A stretch of DNA of 63,785 nt, filler included, from Guillardia theta CCMP2712 (taxonomy: Eukaryota; Protista; Cryptophyta): the NCBI RefSeq assembly GCF_000315625.1. It is 6 parts of 6 records of this genome, joined end to end, with 100 filler letters (N's around TTAATTAATTAA, not from the genome) between each part and the next. Parts side by side here need not be neighbours in the genome. Positions count along the whole stretch, not along the records: positions 18,858 to 47,599 come from NW_005434673.1; positions 47,700 to 54,152 come from NW_005434546.1; 4 more parts are not named here. One strand, 5' to 3'. Position 1 is the stretch's first letter. Every line of letters starts with the position of its first letter. The translations under genes and the position numbers were made by a program. This document shows, one piece after another, positions 39,642 to 52,603 of this stretch. The notes beneath the pieces were generated by a model that was given only the letters and a program-made list of their open reading frames with translations, was not told the DNA's origin and did not search any database.

Positions 39642-42374
39642 TCAGTGGTGAAAGGAGAGCAGCTGATGATGTTGCGCCCTCCCTCCTGCTACAACACAAA
39701 TTGCTCCCGCAAAGCACGCTCCTCCTCCTCCTCCAGGAAGATTTCCGCTTTCGTCTTCTCTTCTACATGTCACGTCAGTACACACCGATGAAGGAACGCT
39801 CTGCCAACCTTGCGACCCTGCCCACCGAATGCTGTTGAAAATGTCGAACAGCGATCCTCCTCCCTCCGCCGCCTCTTCCTTGCCGCTCTTGGTGCCTGTC
39901 CTGCCTGCTCTCACCCCTAGGGGTGCCCCAAGTCTTCGCTCCTCTCCGTCAACCCCTCTTGGCATACTCCGTTCGACTCCTCCTCCTCCTGCTCCACCGC
40001 CACTGCCGCCACGTCCTTCTCCTCCTCTTGCTCCTCCTCCTCCTCCTCCTCCTCCTCTTGCTCCTCCTCCTCCTCCTCCTCCTTCTCTTGCTCCTCCTCC
40101 TCTTCTGTCCACGATCTCTCTCACTACGGCATTGTGATGGGGATCAGGGGTTGACTTGTGAGCGACGGAGGGAACGACAGTGAAGTTCCGCCGTCCGTCC
40201 CTCTCCTGTCGACCTGCTCTGATCTTCCGCAAACCCTCCATGCCGAACTCCTGAGTGATGTTCAAGTTAGAAATTGTGTTGATGCTTTTCCTCGCCATGA
40301 CCCTCTCCCATCCCCTCCACCCCGCTCCACTCTTCACCTCCCCTCCCTTCCTCCCTTGCTTCCTCCCTTCACTCCTCTGTTCCTCCCTCCTCTCTCCCTC
40401 TCCTCTCCTCTCCTCTCCTCTCCTCTCCTCTCCTCTCCTCTCCTCTCCTCTCCTCTCCTCTCCTCTCCTCTCCTCTCCTCTCCTCTCCTCTCCTCTCCTC
40501 TATCATGGTATCAGGTATCAAAGTCGATACCTCCACGATCTTTGCTTCATACTGCAGCCAGGCCGCGCCGCCATAGGACGCGTCTTCCGGCCTGGACTGG
40601 GAAGTCTTGGAGGCTCCTACGATGTTCTCCTGGTACTCTTTGTGCATCGCTGGAGCAGGATACGTCTGCTCCAGCGTCTTCACGTCTTGCGCTTGCTGCT
40701 TGTTGTCGGTGCAGGTGGCGATCGGGGAAGCGGGAGATGGCCCGCTCAGTTTGGTCTCCTCCTGTGGGAAAGAGTCCTGTTTCCAAGCCGCGATGTACCT
40801 GTAATGAGGAGAGGAGAGGAGAGGAGAGGAGAGGAGAGGAGAGGAGAGGAGAGGAGAGGAGGGGAGAGGAGAGGAGAGGAGCGGAGCGGAGAGGAGAGGA
40901 GCGGAGAGGAGAGGAGCGGAGAGGAGAGGAGAGGAGAGGAGAGGAGAGGAGAGGTGAGGAGCGGAGGGCAGGGGATGAGAGGAGAGGAGAGGAGAGGAGA
41001 GGAGGGCAGGGGATGAGAGGAGAGGAGAGGGTCATGATGAGGATAGAGAAGCAGCATCTTCTCTCACTTGGATATCTTCTCCTCCTTGTAGCCCTTCTCC
41101 TGCTCCTCCCTCCCCTTTCTCTCTGCTCAAGAATCAACAAGAGCATGCATACTCGCTCGCTGCTCACTAACCCTGCTCTTGCAGCCGGGAGATCTCACTT
41201 TCGATGTACAGCTCAGCTGCTGACTTGTATACTCTATCGAGATAGCGAGGAGACTTTCGTTCGTCGTCGTCTCTACCACCTGCTCTGTCGTCAAGGTTTG
41301 GTCGAGCCCTGCAGATTTGACCAGCTCGTGATCGGTCGCTGTCGCTGCTGAACTTCTTCGATCTCAAGACCTGACTGCAACGGTCTGGCAGGGGTGAAAG
41401 AGGATCGGGAGTCGTTGGACCTGCTCCAGTTACTCTCGCTGCTGTGGTTGCAGCTTTTGCAGCTGTTGTTCCTCTCACATCCGTTGTCCTCGGGTGCTCC
41501 AGGGATCGAGCGAGCGCTGGCTGGGGGTTGTAGAGTTGGGAGAGGAAGGCTGCGATGTTCACTCGTCTCTCCTCCTCCTCTTCTCCTCCAGCAACGTCAA
41601 GGTCCGTGTCTATATCGTCAATGATGTATGCCCTGCTCGTTGTTGCCAGTTGCTCCCTCCGAACGACGTCCGGAAGTTCCACTGTGCTCTTCTCCTCCTC
41701 CTCCTTCCTAGCTAGCAGCCTGTCCGTCAGGACCTGAAGTTCTCGTTTCAAGGCTTCGTTGTCGCTTCGCAGGCCTTCTATCTGCATCTCGAGCTTCTGC
41801 GCTTGCTTCTGGAAGCATTGCGACGAGTGGATGGCGGAATCGCGCAAGGTCATGGCCTCTTTGTATCCCTCGACCCTGATGCAGAGGTGAGAGGAGGAGA
41901 GCAAGGAGGAGGAGAGGAGAGGAGAGGAGAGGAGAGGAGAGACGGAGGGAGGAGAGTCAATTGGAGATGAAGAGAGGAGGAGAGGAGGAGAGGAGGAGAG
42001 GAGGAGGGGAGGAGGAGGAGAGGAGGAGGAGGAGGAGGAGGAGAGGAGGAGGAGGAGAAGGAATGAGGGAGAAGCAGAATCACAAGATCCTCTCACATTC
42101 GATATCTCTCTTCCTGCCATTCAGACTCCACAAACTCCATCAGGAACTCGTTCAATGCCCTCTCGTCCCCATGGGAGGATCGGAGGTGGTGGAGCTGAAC
42201 TTTCAGTTTGGCAAGGTCGACGATCAGCGCGTCCAGGCTCGCTTCTACCTCCACATCTCCTCCCAGCCCCACAGTCTGCTCCATCGTCACTCGCAGCAGC
42301 TTCCAACATCATAACCACCACGATTACGATCATGAGGTCAGAAACAAGGGTGATGGATCCATCACCACCACCAC

Positions 42375-42406
<32 letters not shown>

Positions 42407-42413
42407 CCATCAC

Positions 42414-42444
<31 letters not shown>

Positions 42445-42451
42445 GTCATCG

Positions 42452-42489
<38 letters not shown>

Positions 42490-42883
42490 GTCATCGTCAT
42501 CGTCATCGTCATCATCATCAGCAGCATCAATGCCACCATCATCATCACCTTGGGCACAATCCCTGTCCTCACATCAGCGCTTGAAATTCTGTCCAAGAGG
42601 GCATTTTCGCAGCGAAGGAGCGCGAGCTCCTGCGAGAGGATACTAGATTGCCTGACTGCGTCTGCCTGCATCCTCTTGCTATGCTGAAGCTCCTCCTCCA
42701 GCCCGACGTACTTGTCAGTCAGTTGCCTGCTCCTCCGTGAGGTGCCGAACCCCTTCACTCTCCTCCCACACCACTTTGCAGCATTCCGTCCTACCTCCCT
42801 CTTTCTCCGTTCTCTTCCATCTCTTCTTCTTTCTCCCTCCCCCCCACCTTTCCCTCCCTCCCTCCCTCCTACTTCTCTCTCTC

Positions 42884-42930
<47 letters not shown>

Positions 42931-43752
42931 CTNNNNNNNNNNNNNNNNNNNNNNNNNNNNNNNNNNNNNNNNNNNNNNNNNNNNNNNNNNNNNNNNNNNN
43001 NNNNNNNNNNNNNNNNNNNNNNNNNNNNNNNNTCTAAGACACAACAAAATTCCAACGAAAGTTCAACAAGTGCGTCTCCAACGCAGGGGGTCAACCTGCC
43101 CTCCCTTGTTCTTCTTCTCCGCTATCGCTTCTCCATCCACGTCAAAGGCCTTGAACCTCTTGATCGCTTGCCGGATGACTGAAGGCCAGCTGCCAAAGTC
43201 GACGTCGCCATTTTCCATCTTGTGATCTGACAGCACGTATCATCTCCTTCCTCCTCTCAGCACCATCCTCCCCACCCTCCATCATCCTGAAGACGTGGTT
43301 GGCTCCTTGAGCAGTGATGACTTCGAACGAGACGAAGGTCCTGTCGGGGATGTTTGAGACATCAGCTATGTCGCTCATTCGGATCGATCCCCGTTGTCTT
43401 GAACTCGACGACGTCGCTGACTGCCACCACAACAGCCCTGAAGGCGGAGACTTTTTGTCAGAGGAAGAACCACGGACTTCGCACCTCGCATCACCTTTCT
43501 CCTCGTCGATGAAGAGCGTCCGAACTTTCCATCTGTGATCGCTATCAGCGACGGAGGAGGAGGAGCAGGATCAAAGGACTCCGGAGGAGAGGAGAGGGAG
43601 AGGGAGAGGGAGAGGGAGAGGGAGAGGGAGAGGGAGAGGGAGAGGGAGAGGGAGAGGGAGAGGGAGAGGGAGAGGGAGAGGAATTGTGGTTTCGATGACC
43701 TTGTTCCAACCAGCTTCAGGGCAGTCCCGAGTCGGAGGGCTGACTGTGACAT
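39642..43752 (-). CDS. PH-like domain and coiled-coil protein, multi-exon
   Basis: SALRLGTALKLVGTR / ...LLWWQS...RGSIRMSDIADVSNIPDRTFVSFEVITAQGANHVF is PH-like. Coiled-coil exons include AQKLEMQIEGLRSDNEALKRELQVL. Introns are filled with microsatellites and the boundaries are approximate. Confidence 0.55.
40400..41030. repeat. (CCTCT)n array at 40400-40500 and complementary (GGAGA)n array at 40807-41030
   Basis: Directly visible pentamer arrays in successive introns, in opposite orientation. Confidence 0.9.
43589..43681. repeat. (GAGAGG)n microsatellite
   Basis: Directly visible. Confidence 0.95.
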
Positions 43753-44019
43753 CTGAGAACCAGCCGCTGTGTCAGCGCCGTAAAGCATTTGTGGGCATCG
43801 GCAGTCCCTGCTGCTCCCTCCTCTGGCTCGGATTCGCCTCCGCCCTCTCTCTCCTCCTCCTCCTTAGGCTTCTTCTTCTCTTCCTCCTCCTCCTCCTCCT
43901 CCCGATCTTCGCCTGCTCTCGGCAGCTCTCAGTCAGCAGCCATGGCAGCATGTGAGAGATTGGTCAAACCGTTGAACAGCAGGTTTGACTTTTTCTTTCA
44001 TTCAAGAAGTAGAGGAGCC

Positions 44020-44440
44020 TGAGACTTCTGGCCCGGTGCGATGGTTCCCGGGCCCGCAAGTGGCCCGGCCCGGGCCCCTTTACTCAAAGTTAAGTTCATC
44101 ATTAGTCTCCTATACTTGTTCAAGTTGATCATTACAAGTCAAATAGTAAGTGTCATTCGGAAGTTCCCGGGCATCTGAGCCTGTGAGACGTTGGACAGGG
44201 TGGGGCTCTCCGGGCCTGATTTTCCGAAGCCTTCTGCTCATACTGATTTTTAACTTAACTTTGAGTAAAGAAGGACACCACTGAATCCCTGAACTTAGAG
44301 TCTGTGTCATTGACTGAGCGACTAGGCCCTGAGCGTCCGACCGGCGGTGGCCCGCCACCGGCCCGGCCCGGCGATAGTTGGCCCGGTCAGAGTGGAGATG
44401 TGGGTTCTCCAGCGAAGAGGCGCGACTATGGCGGACATGC
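44020..44440. other. GC-rich intergenic island 3 with a 19-bp inverted repeat pair
   Basis: CTTTACTCAAAGTTAAGTT (44078-44096) and AACTTAACTTTGAGTAAAG (44252-44270); 44241-44270 is identical to 4442-4471. Confidence 0.75.
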
Positions 44441-44828
44441 GGCGTCGGCGGTGAGGAAGAGGAAGAGGAGGAAGAGGAGGTCGGGGGTGGGTGGGAGGGG
44501 ACAGTCGGGAGGATGAACCCACCAGTGCGATGAGAGATGAAGAGATAAGTATGAAGGGGAAGAGAGTCGAAGTGGAAGCAGAACGCGGAGGTCAAGGATT
44601 GACTGCGAACGGTTGTTGTAGGAGGCGCGGTGTATGTGAATGAGCAATAATGAATTAGCATGAAAATGGTGAAATTGATCCTGTTGGCGGTGATATTGGA
44701 GATGATGGCGAACGTAGTGATGATGGAAGATGATGATGAGGGTGGAAGAGGGATGATGATGATGGGTGGATGGTCGAGACATTTGATATACAGATGCCGC
44801 TCTGCTCAGGCGCGAGTGATCATCAGCT

Positions 44829-46026
44829 GATGGTGTTCCTCAGGGACGTGTACATGTCAGTCGGGTTGGTCATCGCTGTCGCTCTGGTCATGGTGGTGGT
44901 TTCCCTGCATCAGCACGGAGGTCGCAAGATTGCTGTGAGCTCTGAATGCGTTCCGTGCTCTACTCTTCTGACTTCCCTTGTTCTGCAGCTGGACGAGTCG
45001 GAGGCCCTCAGGCTTGCCGAGGGTCTGGAGACTAGTGGGGAGAGGAACAGAATCGCTAGAGGGGTGACTGCACGTGCTCGAGCTGAGAGCCGGCCAGCCA
45101 TGGCAGCCCCGATGCCCCAGGAGGCTGATGCTATCGCTCCGCCCAACAAGCACGACAAACTCAAGTGGGAAGTCAACAGGCTGCTGTCCATCGCCCGCAG
45201 CTTGACCGGGGACTCTACCCGGATGCCCGCCATGCAGGTCTGTCCTGCACGTGCCAGCTGTTGATGACGCTGAAGCTCGTTGGTGGTGGCAGGTTCCGGA
45301 CGTTCAGCTCAGTCAGATCAAGGAGCTTAACGACATCGCCAACGACGACGATCACCCGAACCTGATGGGATGGCCAGCGAGCGACAAGTCCGAGGGCGTC
45401 GCCCTGCAGCTCGCCGAGCGACCCAGCGCTCCGCTCCGCCATGGCGTCTCCTCCGTGCACAGGAAGGTGAAGGCGAGCAGCAAGGAGGCGCTGGCGCTGG
45501 AGATGGCAGAAAACCCCAGCGCCCCCCTTGATCTTTCCTCTCGCGCTCTCCTGCGAGACACTCAGAGGAAGGCGAGCATGCGGGCAGCCCGCATGTCGCA
45601 GCTTCATGCTGAACCCCGTCCTGTCAAGGTGGTCAAGAGGTGAGAACGGTCGAGGCTCATTGTTCCTGTTGGTCACTCTGCTCCAGGGCGGTGAATCTCC
45701 ATGCTAAGTTGCACCTGGCCTCAGCTATGGACGCACGCAAGGTGTTCAAAGGTCGGACGCCTCCTGCTCTTCCTCGTGCTCCCAACCCGTCGTCGTCGTC
45801 TCGTCATCATTCTCCTCCTCCTCAACTCCTCTCTCAGTGTCACTCTCTTGCTCTGACTTTCTCTCTCCTGTTCTCGCTCTCTCGCCTCATTCTGGCTGTT
45901 TGACTGTCTTGGTTGTGTCCTGATGTTCTCGCAGGGGTGGACGACCTGACGGTGGGGGCACAGGCTGCGATGAGTGACGTGTTGGTGCCAGCGAGCAAGA
46001 TCCGAAGAGGTTGGATGGGAATGTGA
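44829..46026 (+). CDS. Hypothetical protein with N-terminal TM helix, multi-exon
   Basis: MVFLRDVYMSVGLVIAVALVMVVVSL; short GT-AG introns; last exon GVDDLTVGAQAAMSDVLVPASKIRRGWMGM*. Confidence 0.55.
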
Positions 46027-46137
46027 GATGGTAGTCGGGCGGGGGGACCAAGAGTTTAAGTTAGATGCAACACTGTTTGTGGTTTATTAGATCCAGTTCA
46101 AGTTCTAGTTTCAAAGTTGTCGAGCAGCACGATATCG

Positions 46138-47599
<1,462 letters not shown>

Positions 47600-47699
47600 N
47601 NNNNNNNNNNNNNNNNNNNNNNNNNNNNNNNNNNNNNNNNNNNTTAATTAATTAANNNNNNNNNNNNNNNNNNNNNNNNNNNNNNNNNNNNNNNNNNNN

Positions 47700-47768
<69 letters not shown>

Positions 47769-47889
47769 AGGAGGAGGGGGGGGGAGGGAGGAGGGAAGGC
47801 AAAACAAGGAGGGAGGGGAGCGAAGAGGGGAGCGAAGAGGGCAGAGAAAAGCCAGGGTGTTTCATATAGTCAAGATAGCGGGGTCGTCA

Positions 47890-50200
47890 CCTCTGCTCTC
47901 CTCGTCATTGTCGTGAGATCTCTACCAAGGAAGGAGGAGGGAGACGCGTTGGAGCTCGAGAGGAGGATGGTGGAGGGGGCCCTGAGCCCTGAAGCAGCAA
48001 GAGAGGAGGACAGGGAGGTCCTCCCTTCCTCTTCCCTTCCCCCACGAGCAGAGGATCGCTGCCCTGCTGTGTACTGGAGAACTTTCTGTCTCCTCTCGTA
48101 CTCGCGGATGTACCTGGAAGGGGTGTGAGTAGGAGAGGAGACGAGGGGGACAAGCAGGAAACGAGGGGAAGACGGGAGAGAGGAGAGCGGGAGGAGGGGA
48201 GGGGGGACGAGGGATCAGTTTCAAAGAGTAGAGGCGACGTAATAGCCTGAGGACATGGACGGCAACGGGACAAGGGGAAGGAAAAGAGGAGGAAGTCGAT
48301 GAAGGAAGCGAGGCAGGGAGGGAGAAGGGAGGGAGGAGCAAGCGGGGTAGGGAGAAGGGGGCAGTAGGAGAGGGCTGTAGTGGTCCTACCTCCATCCCTC
48401 TTCTTCCACAATCTGCCTCTGCAGCCGCTGGACTGTTGTAATCCATTATTCCTCCTCCCTCCCTCCCTCCCTCCCTCCCTCCTCCCTTCCCCCTCCTCCC
48501 TTCCCCCTCCTCCCTCCTCCCTTCCCCCTCCTATCCCTTCCCTCCACCTCACTCCTGCCTCTCCCCCCTCCTGCCTCTCCTCCCTCCCCCACCTCTCCCT
48601 TCCCTCCACCTCGCTCCTGCCTCTCCCCCCTCCTGCCTCTCTCCTTCCCCTCCTCTCACTGCTTCCTCTTCCTCTGTATTCCTCCTCCACTCACCGTCTT
48701 CTCTTGAAGCGACTGAGGGGAACTCCACCGGGTCGACCCCTTGCAACGTCTGCCGTCGCATCAGCCACAATTTTCGAATCGCTTGCTCGCACCGGCTCCT
48801 CTTCGAGCACCGGGGACGAGCTGCGGACGAAAGAGGGGTCAAAGCTGCGGCGGAGAGGAAGGCTGTTCCTTCCTCTGTCTGCCAGCGGCTCCTGATGGTC
48901 CTTCTCCCTCCTCGCTGGTGCTGCTGCAAACGGAATCTGGCTGCTCGCGCCATCTGCTCCAGGCAGCAAACTCCTCTCTCTTCTCCAGCTCCTGTCCATG
49001 AGCCTCGACTCCTCGACGTGGCTGTGCGAGTCCCGAGGGAGGAAGGAGGAGGAGGAGGAGTTCGCTTTCCTCTCTGTTACCTCCCACTCTGCGCTCGCGG
49101 TCAGGCCCTCGCTAGAGCTGGCATGGCAGGTCACCTAGGTTCGAGCTCCGGTCCAGCTGGGGGATCGAGCGCAGGACCAGGGACTTACTGTGTTCCCCCT
49201 CCCTGTCTAGCAGAACATCCTTGGGAACCCTTGCTACCGCCTTGTACGCATCTGCACAGCGACCATCGTTACCTTCCACGTCTTCGCAACTCCCTATCAC
49301 CTGTACGCTTCGTGGCCGTGAACATCATGACGACATGTACTTCTCCCACCTCGACTCCCTGCCCCCTCCATCACTCTCCTCCTCCTTTCTCTCCTGCTCA
49401 CAACCTGCAACGATCCGACCAGCGGGGTCCACCCATCGTACATGCCTACACTCCTAGAAGCCTCAAGCAGCGAGACCTCTCCTACTCCGTAGACCCTCCC
49501 GGTCTGCCGCCGCTCGTCATGTTGGAGAAGGAGGGACATGGTCCTTACAGATGGTGAAATTTGGTCCGATCGGAACACGCGCAGCACGAGCTTCGATTCA
49601 GGTGTGATCACCACAGGAAGGCTCCTGCACTCCATTCGGCATCCACTCCCCTTCTCCTCATCCTCCTCCTCCTCCTCATCATCATCATCATCATCATCAT
49701 CAACAGCAACATCATCATCATCTCCATCATCATCATCTCCATCATCATCTCCATCATCATCATCTCCATCATCATCATCATCATCTCCATCATCATCAAC
49801 AACAACTGTACCTGAACTCTTCCCATCTCGGATCGTAGCTTGGAGCAGCCGAGGTTCGGAAAGAGAAGCTACAAGGAGCGAACAGCCGTCAGCCATGGCA
49901 GATGCCTCCACATCTTCATGCTCACGGCTCTCCTATCGAGATGAAGTTGGCTTCACATACCCACGAGTCATGCGACAGGACTGCCAACACGCGCGATCAG
50001 CATGGCGCCAGCATGCCATCCACAGCACCCACCGTCCTTGGCGTGCTTGATGGGCCCCCCTAGCCCCCGCGCGCATGTCACAGTCACTGCTACTCTTCCT
50101 TCGAACGACTTGGCGTTCCTTGTCAGAGAGTAGTCCACAGAGAACATGGTCACGGCTGAATGTCCATGTGATAGATCTGCGCGTTCCAATTCAGCGAGCG
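47890..50200 (-). CDS. Hypothetical protein with possible C2-like domain, multi-exon, 3' truncated
   Basis: MSLLLQHDERRQTGRVYGVGEVSLLEASRSVGMYDGWTPL resembles the C-terminal half of a C2 domain. Further exon-like segments at 48691-49134 and 47890-48113. Confidence 0.45.
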
Positions 50201-50679
50201 AGTTCCCTCCGCCACTTGGACCTCCCAGTCCCTTCTATATTCAGCGGCAATTGCCTACAAGAGGATGAGAGCATGTTTGCTTCTAGAGGCCGTCCACAAG
50301 AGCAAACGGTGCATACTACTCATCACTCGCCCAGCTACTGATCCTCTGGTAGAACACGTTCTAGCGCCCTGACAAGGGACTTTCGTGCTGTCAAACCTTG
50401 TCTCCTGCTCTTCCAGAAACTTTTTGCCCCGTCCTCCATTGCCTTCTCTCTAATTCTCTGCCCGCCCAGCCCCCAATCTCGTAATCGTTTCCTCCTCCTT
50501 CTCCTACCCCTCTAGTCTCCTTCCTCTTCCGACCATCGTTCCTGCCTACCCCACTCACTGCTAGCCATGGCTCCGATCCGTTCAAACCAGCAGCGGGTAT
50601 GTTAGCAGGACAGCAAAAACCTTACTATCACAATGTGCTTCTGCCTTTCTTGATGATTTCCATCTGAGGCAGTCTTGTA

Positions 50680-51190
50680 AAACTCAAACTCTCAGTCCGC
50701 CTGCCGCCGGGCTTTCGGGCCTCCGGTCGGGCCGGGCTGGTGAGCCTGCTGGAGCGGGCCCGTCCACCGAAGACATCCATCTGAGGCGGGTCGAGATCGG
50801 GATCGGGAGCCGCATGCCTTGTTGTTGGTCCCTGCTCTGAAGGTTCAAACCTATACTTGAAACTTGAAATTGACATGTCTAAGTTTGAAATGTTCGAGGA
50901 GAAGAATTTCGTATGTCTGGTCTTATCAGGGCGGATCTCCCCAGTAAGATGTCTCCTTAAAAGTGTTTTCTTAAAAAATCGGTTTACAAACAAAATACAG
51001 CATCATCTCAAAAGTTTCAAAAGTTTCGAGTACTGAACTATAACTTCTGATTGAAAAAATCAAATATAGGAGAAACATTTCATCTCAAACGTTTTTCGCT
51101 CGCATGATCTGGAAGATCTCTGGTACTAGACTACAGTACTGATTTTAAAACTATTTTTCGTTTTTCAGTACAAGTGTTGGTACTGAAAAT
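50680..51190. other. Short GC-rich island 4 with adjacent AT-rich GTACTGA inverted repeat
   Basis: CCGG/GGCC core at 50695-50815; TTTTCAGTAC-N8-GTACTGAAAA at 51162-51189; GTACTGATTTT at 51136. Confidence 0.55.
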
Positions 51191-52603
51191 CCTCTTATAT
51201 ATCAGCCGCTCGGGTATGTCAATAGGACCTCGTTAGGGGTTAAGTCCCCCAGTCCCTCAATACGCCATCGGTCTATGTACATGTCATAGCCAGGCTAGCA
51301 CCATGCTTTAGGGCCTGAAGCTACGAAGTTTCTAGCACCTCAGCTACTTATCTCTCTAGGACCATGTATCCTCACGATACAACCCCAACCCTTGTTACTA
51401 CCCCTCCCTCGTGACCACCACCCTAGATGTACCCGCCCCATGAGAACATGATGGTTCATAACCCGGTTCATTGGGATGAAAATCAGGTCAAAAGTAGGGG
51501 TACTTCCTAGTTTACCCCTCTTTTCCTCCAACACGGCTCAGAACAATGGTCCTTTCATACACTGTCCTTTACCCCACCCCCTCGTCTCAGTTCTCAATAC
51601 CCCACCCCCTCCACGTGATGGCCTCCTGCTCATGCCGCCCCCTCCGCCCCTGTTCCCTCCCGCCGCCATGGCCCTGCTCGCTCTTCCTGCGCTGCATGCC
51701 AGAACCATCGCTTCATGCTCGCATCGTCCTCACCCTGATCCTCAAGTTTGGTTCTCTTCCCTCTGTCCTTCTGATCCACGACCTTCCCTTTGTCTTTTTC
51801 GAAGTTCACCCCCTTTTGTTCCTGCATGCCCCCGCCGCGTCCTCGGAGACGCTTTAGTTGTGTTCCCTCATTTTTTCCTCTCTTTTCATTGCAAAAAGGT
51901 GTTGTTTTGCAAGCTGGAAAACACTGCAGGCATGACGTACACGTAGAAAGAGGCGTACAATCGGAGAATGGTCGTTAGAGCCTGCGGTCGAATTCTCTGT
52001 TTCCTAGCTTCTTCTCTATCTTCATTGGTGTCATTGTGTGTGTATTGAGATGTCATACTTGTTCAAAGGTATTTTACTCACTCCCTTGGAGATCTGTGTC
52101 CATGTTGTGAGAAAGATGCGTATTATAAGATCCGTGCACCCGAATATCTGTTTGGATCGTATGATAAACTTTGCGGTCGCTCCTCCTCGACCTCACTGTT
52201 TTCTTGCCTTGTTCATGTAAACTTGGCACACGATGAACCATTGCAAATACTTTGACCCCATCTGTTGGCGTGATGGTATAAACCTTTGACTGGCCGCGCA
52301 ATAGACTGGGAATCTGTAGATAAAGGGTAGGTGCGATGTGTAGATGGAGGGTAGGTGTCGTGAACGTGGCATGGGCATCACATCAGAAAATGTGTGATCA
52401 TGCTCTAGTTGAGGCCATTTCTTGATGTCCCGTGTTGCTGAACCTGACTGGCTGTGTATAGGACCTCTACTCGCCTCCACCATCCCTGTACGCTTTTCAA
52501 GTTCCTGCCGAGTCGCCAACTGTGTAAAGTTCAGGAGTCAGAGTCAGTAGCTTGAACGGAATCAGACAGATCGAAAGGGTCAGATTTTTTCCCGAGAGGA
52601 GAC

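Noticed and set aside
43700-43745. In-frame TGA (SGLP*SWLEQG) as selenocysteine or readthrough
   Set aside because: Another frame (SALRLGTALKLVGTR) is open and fits a PH-domain start; no SECIS evidence was seen.
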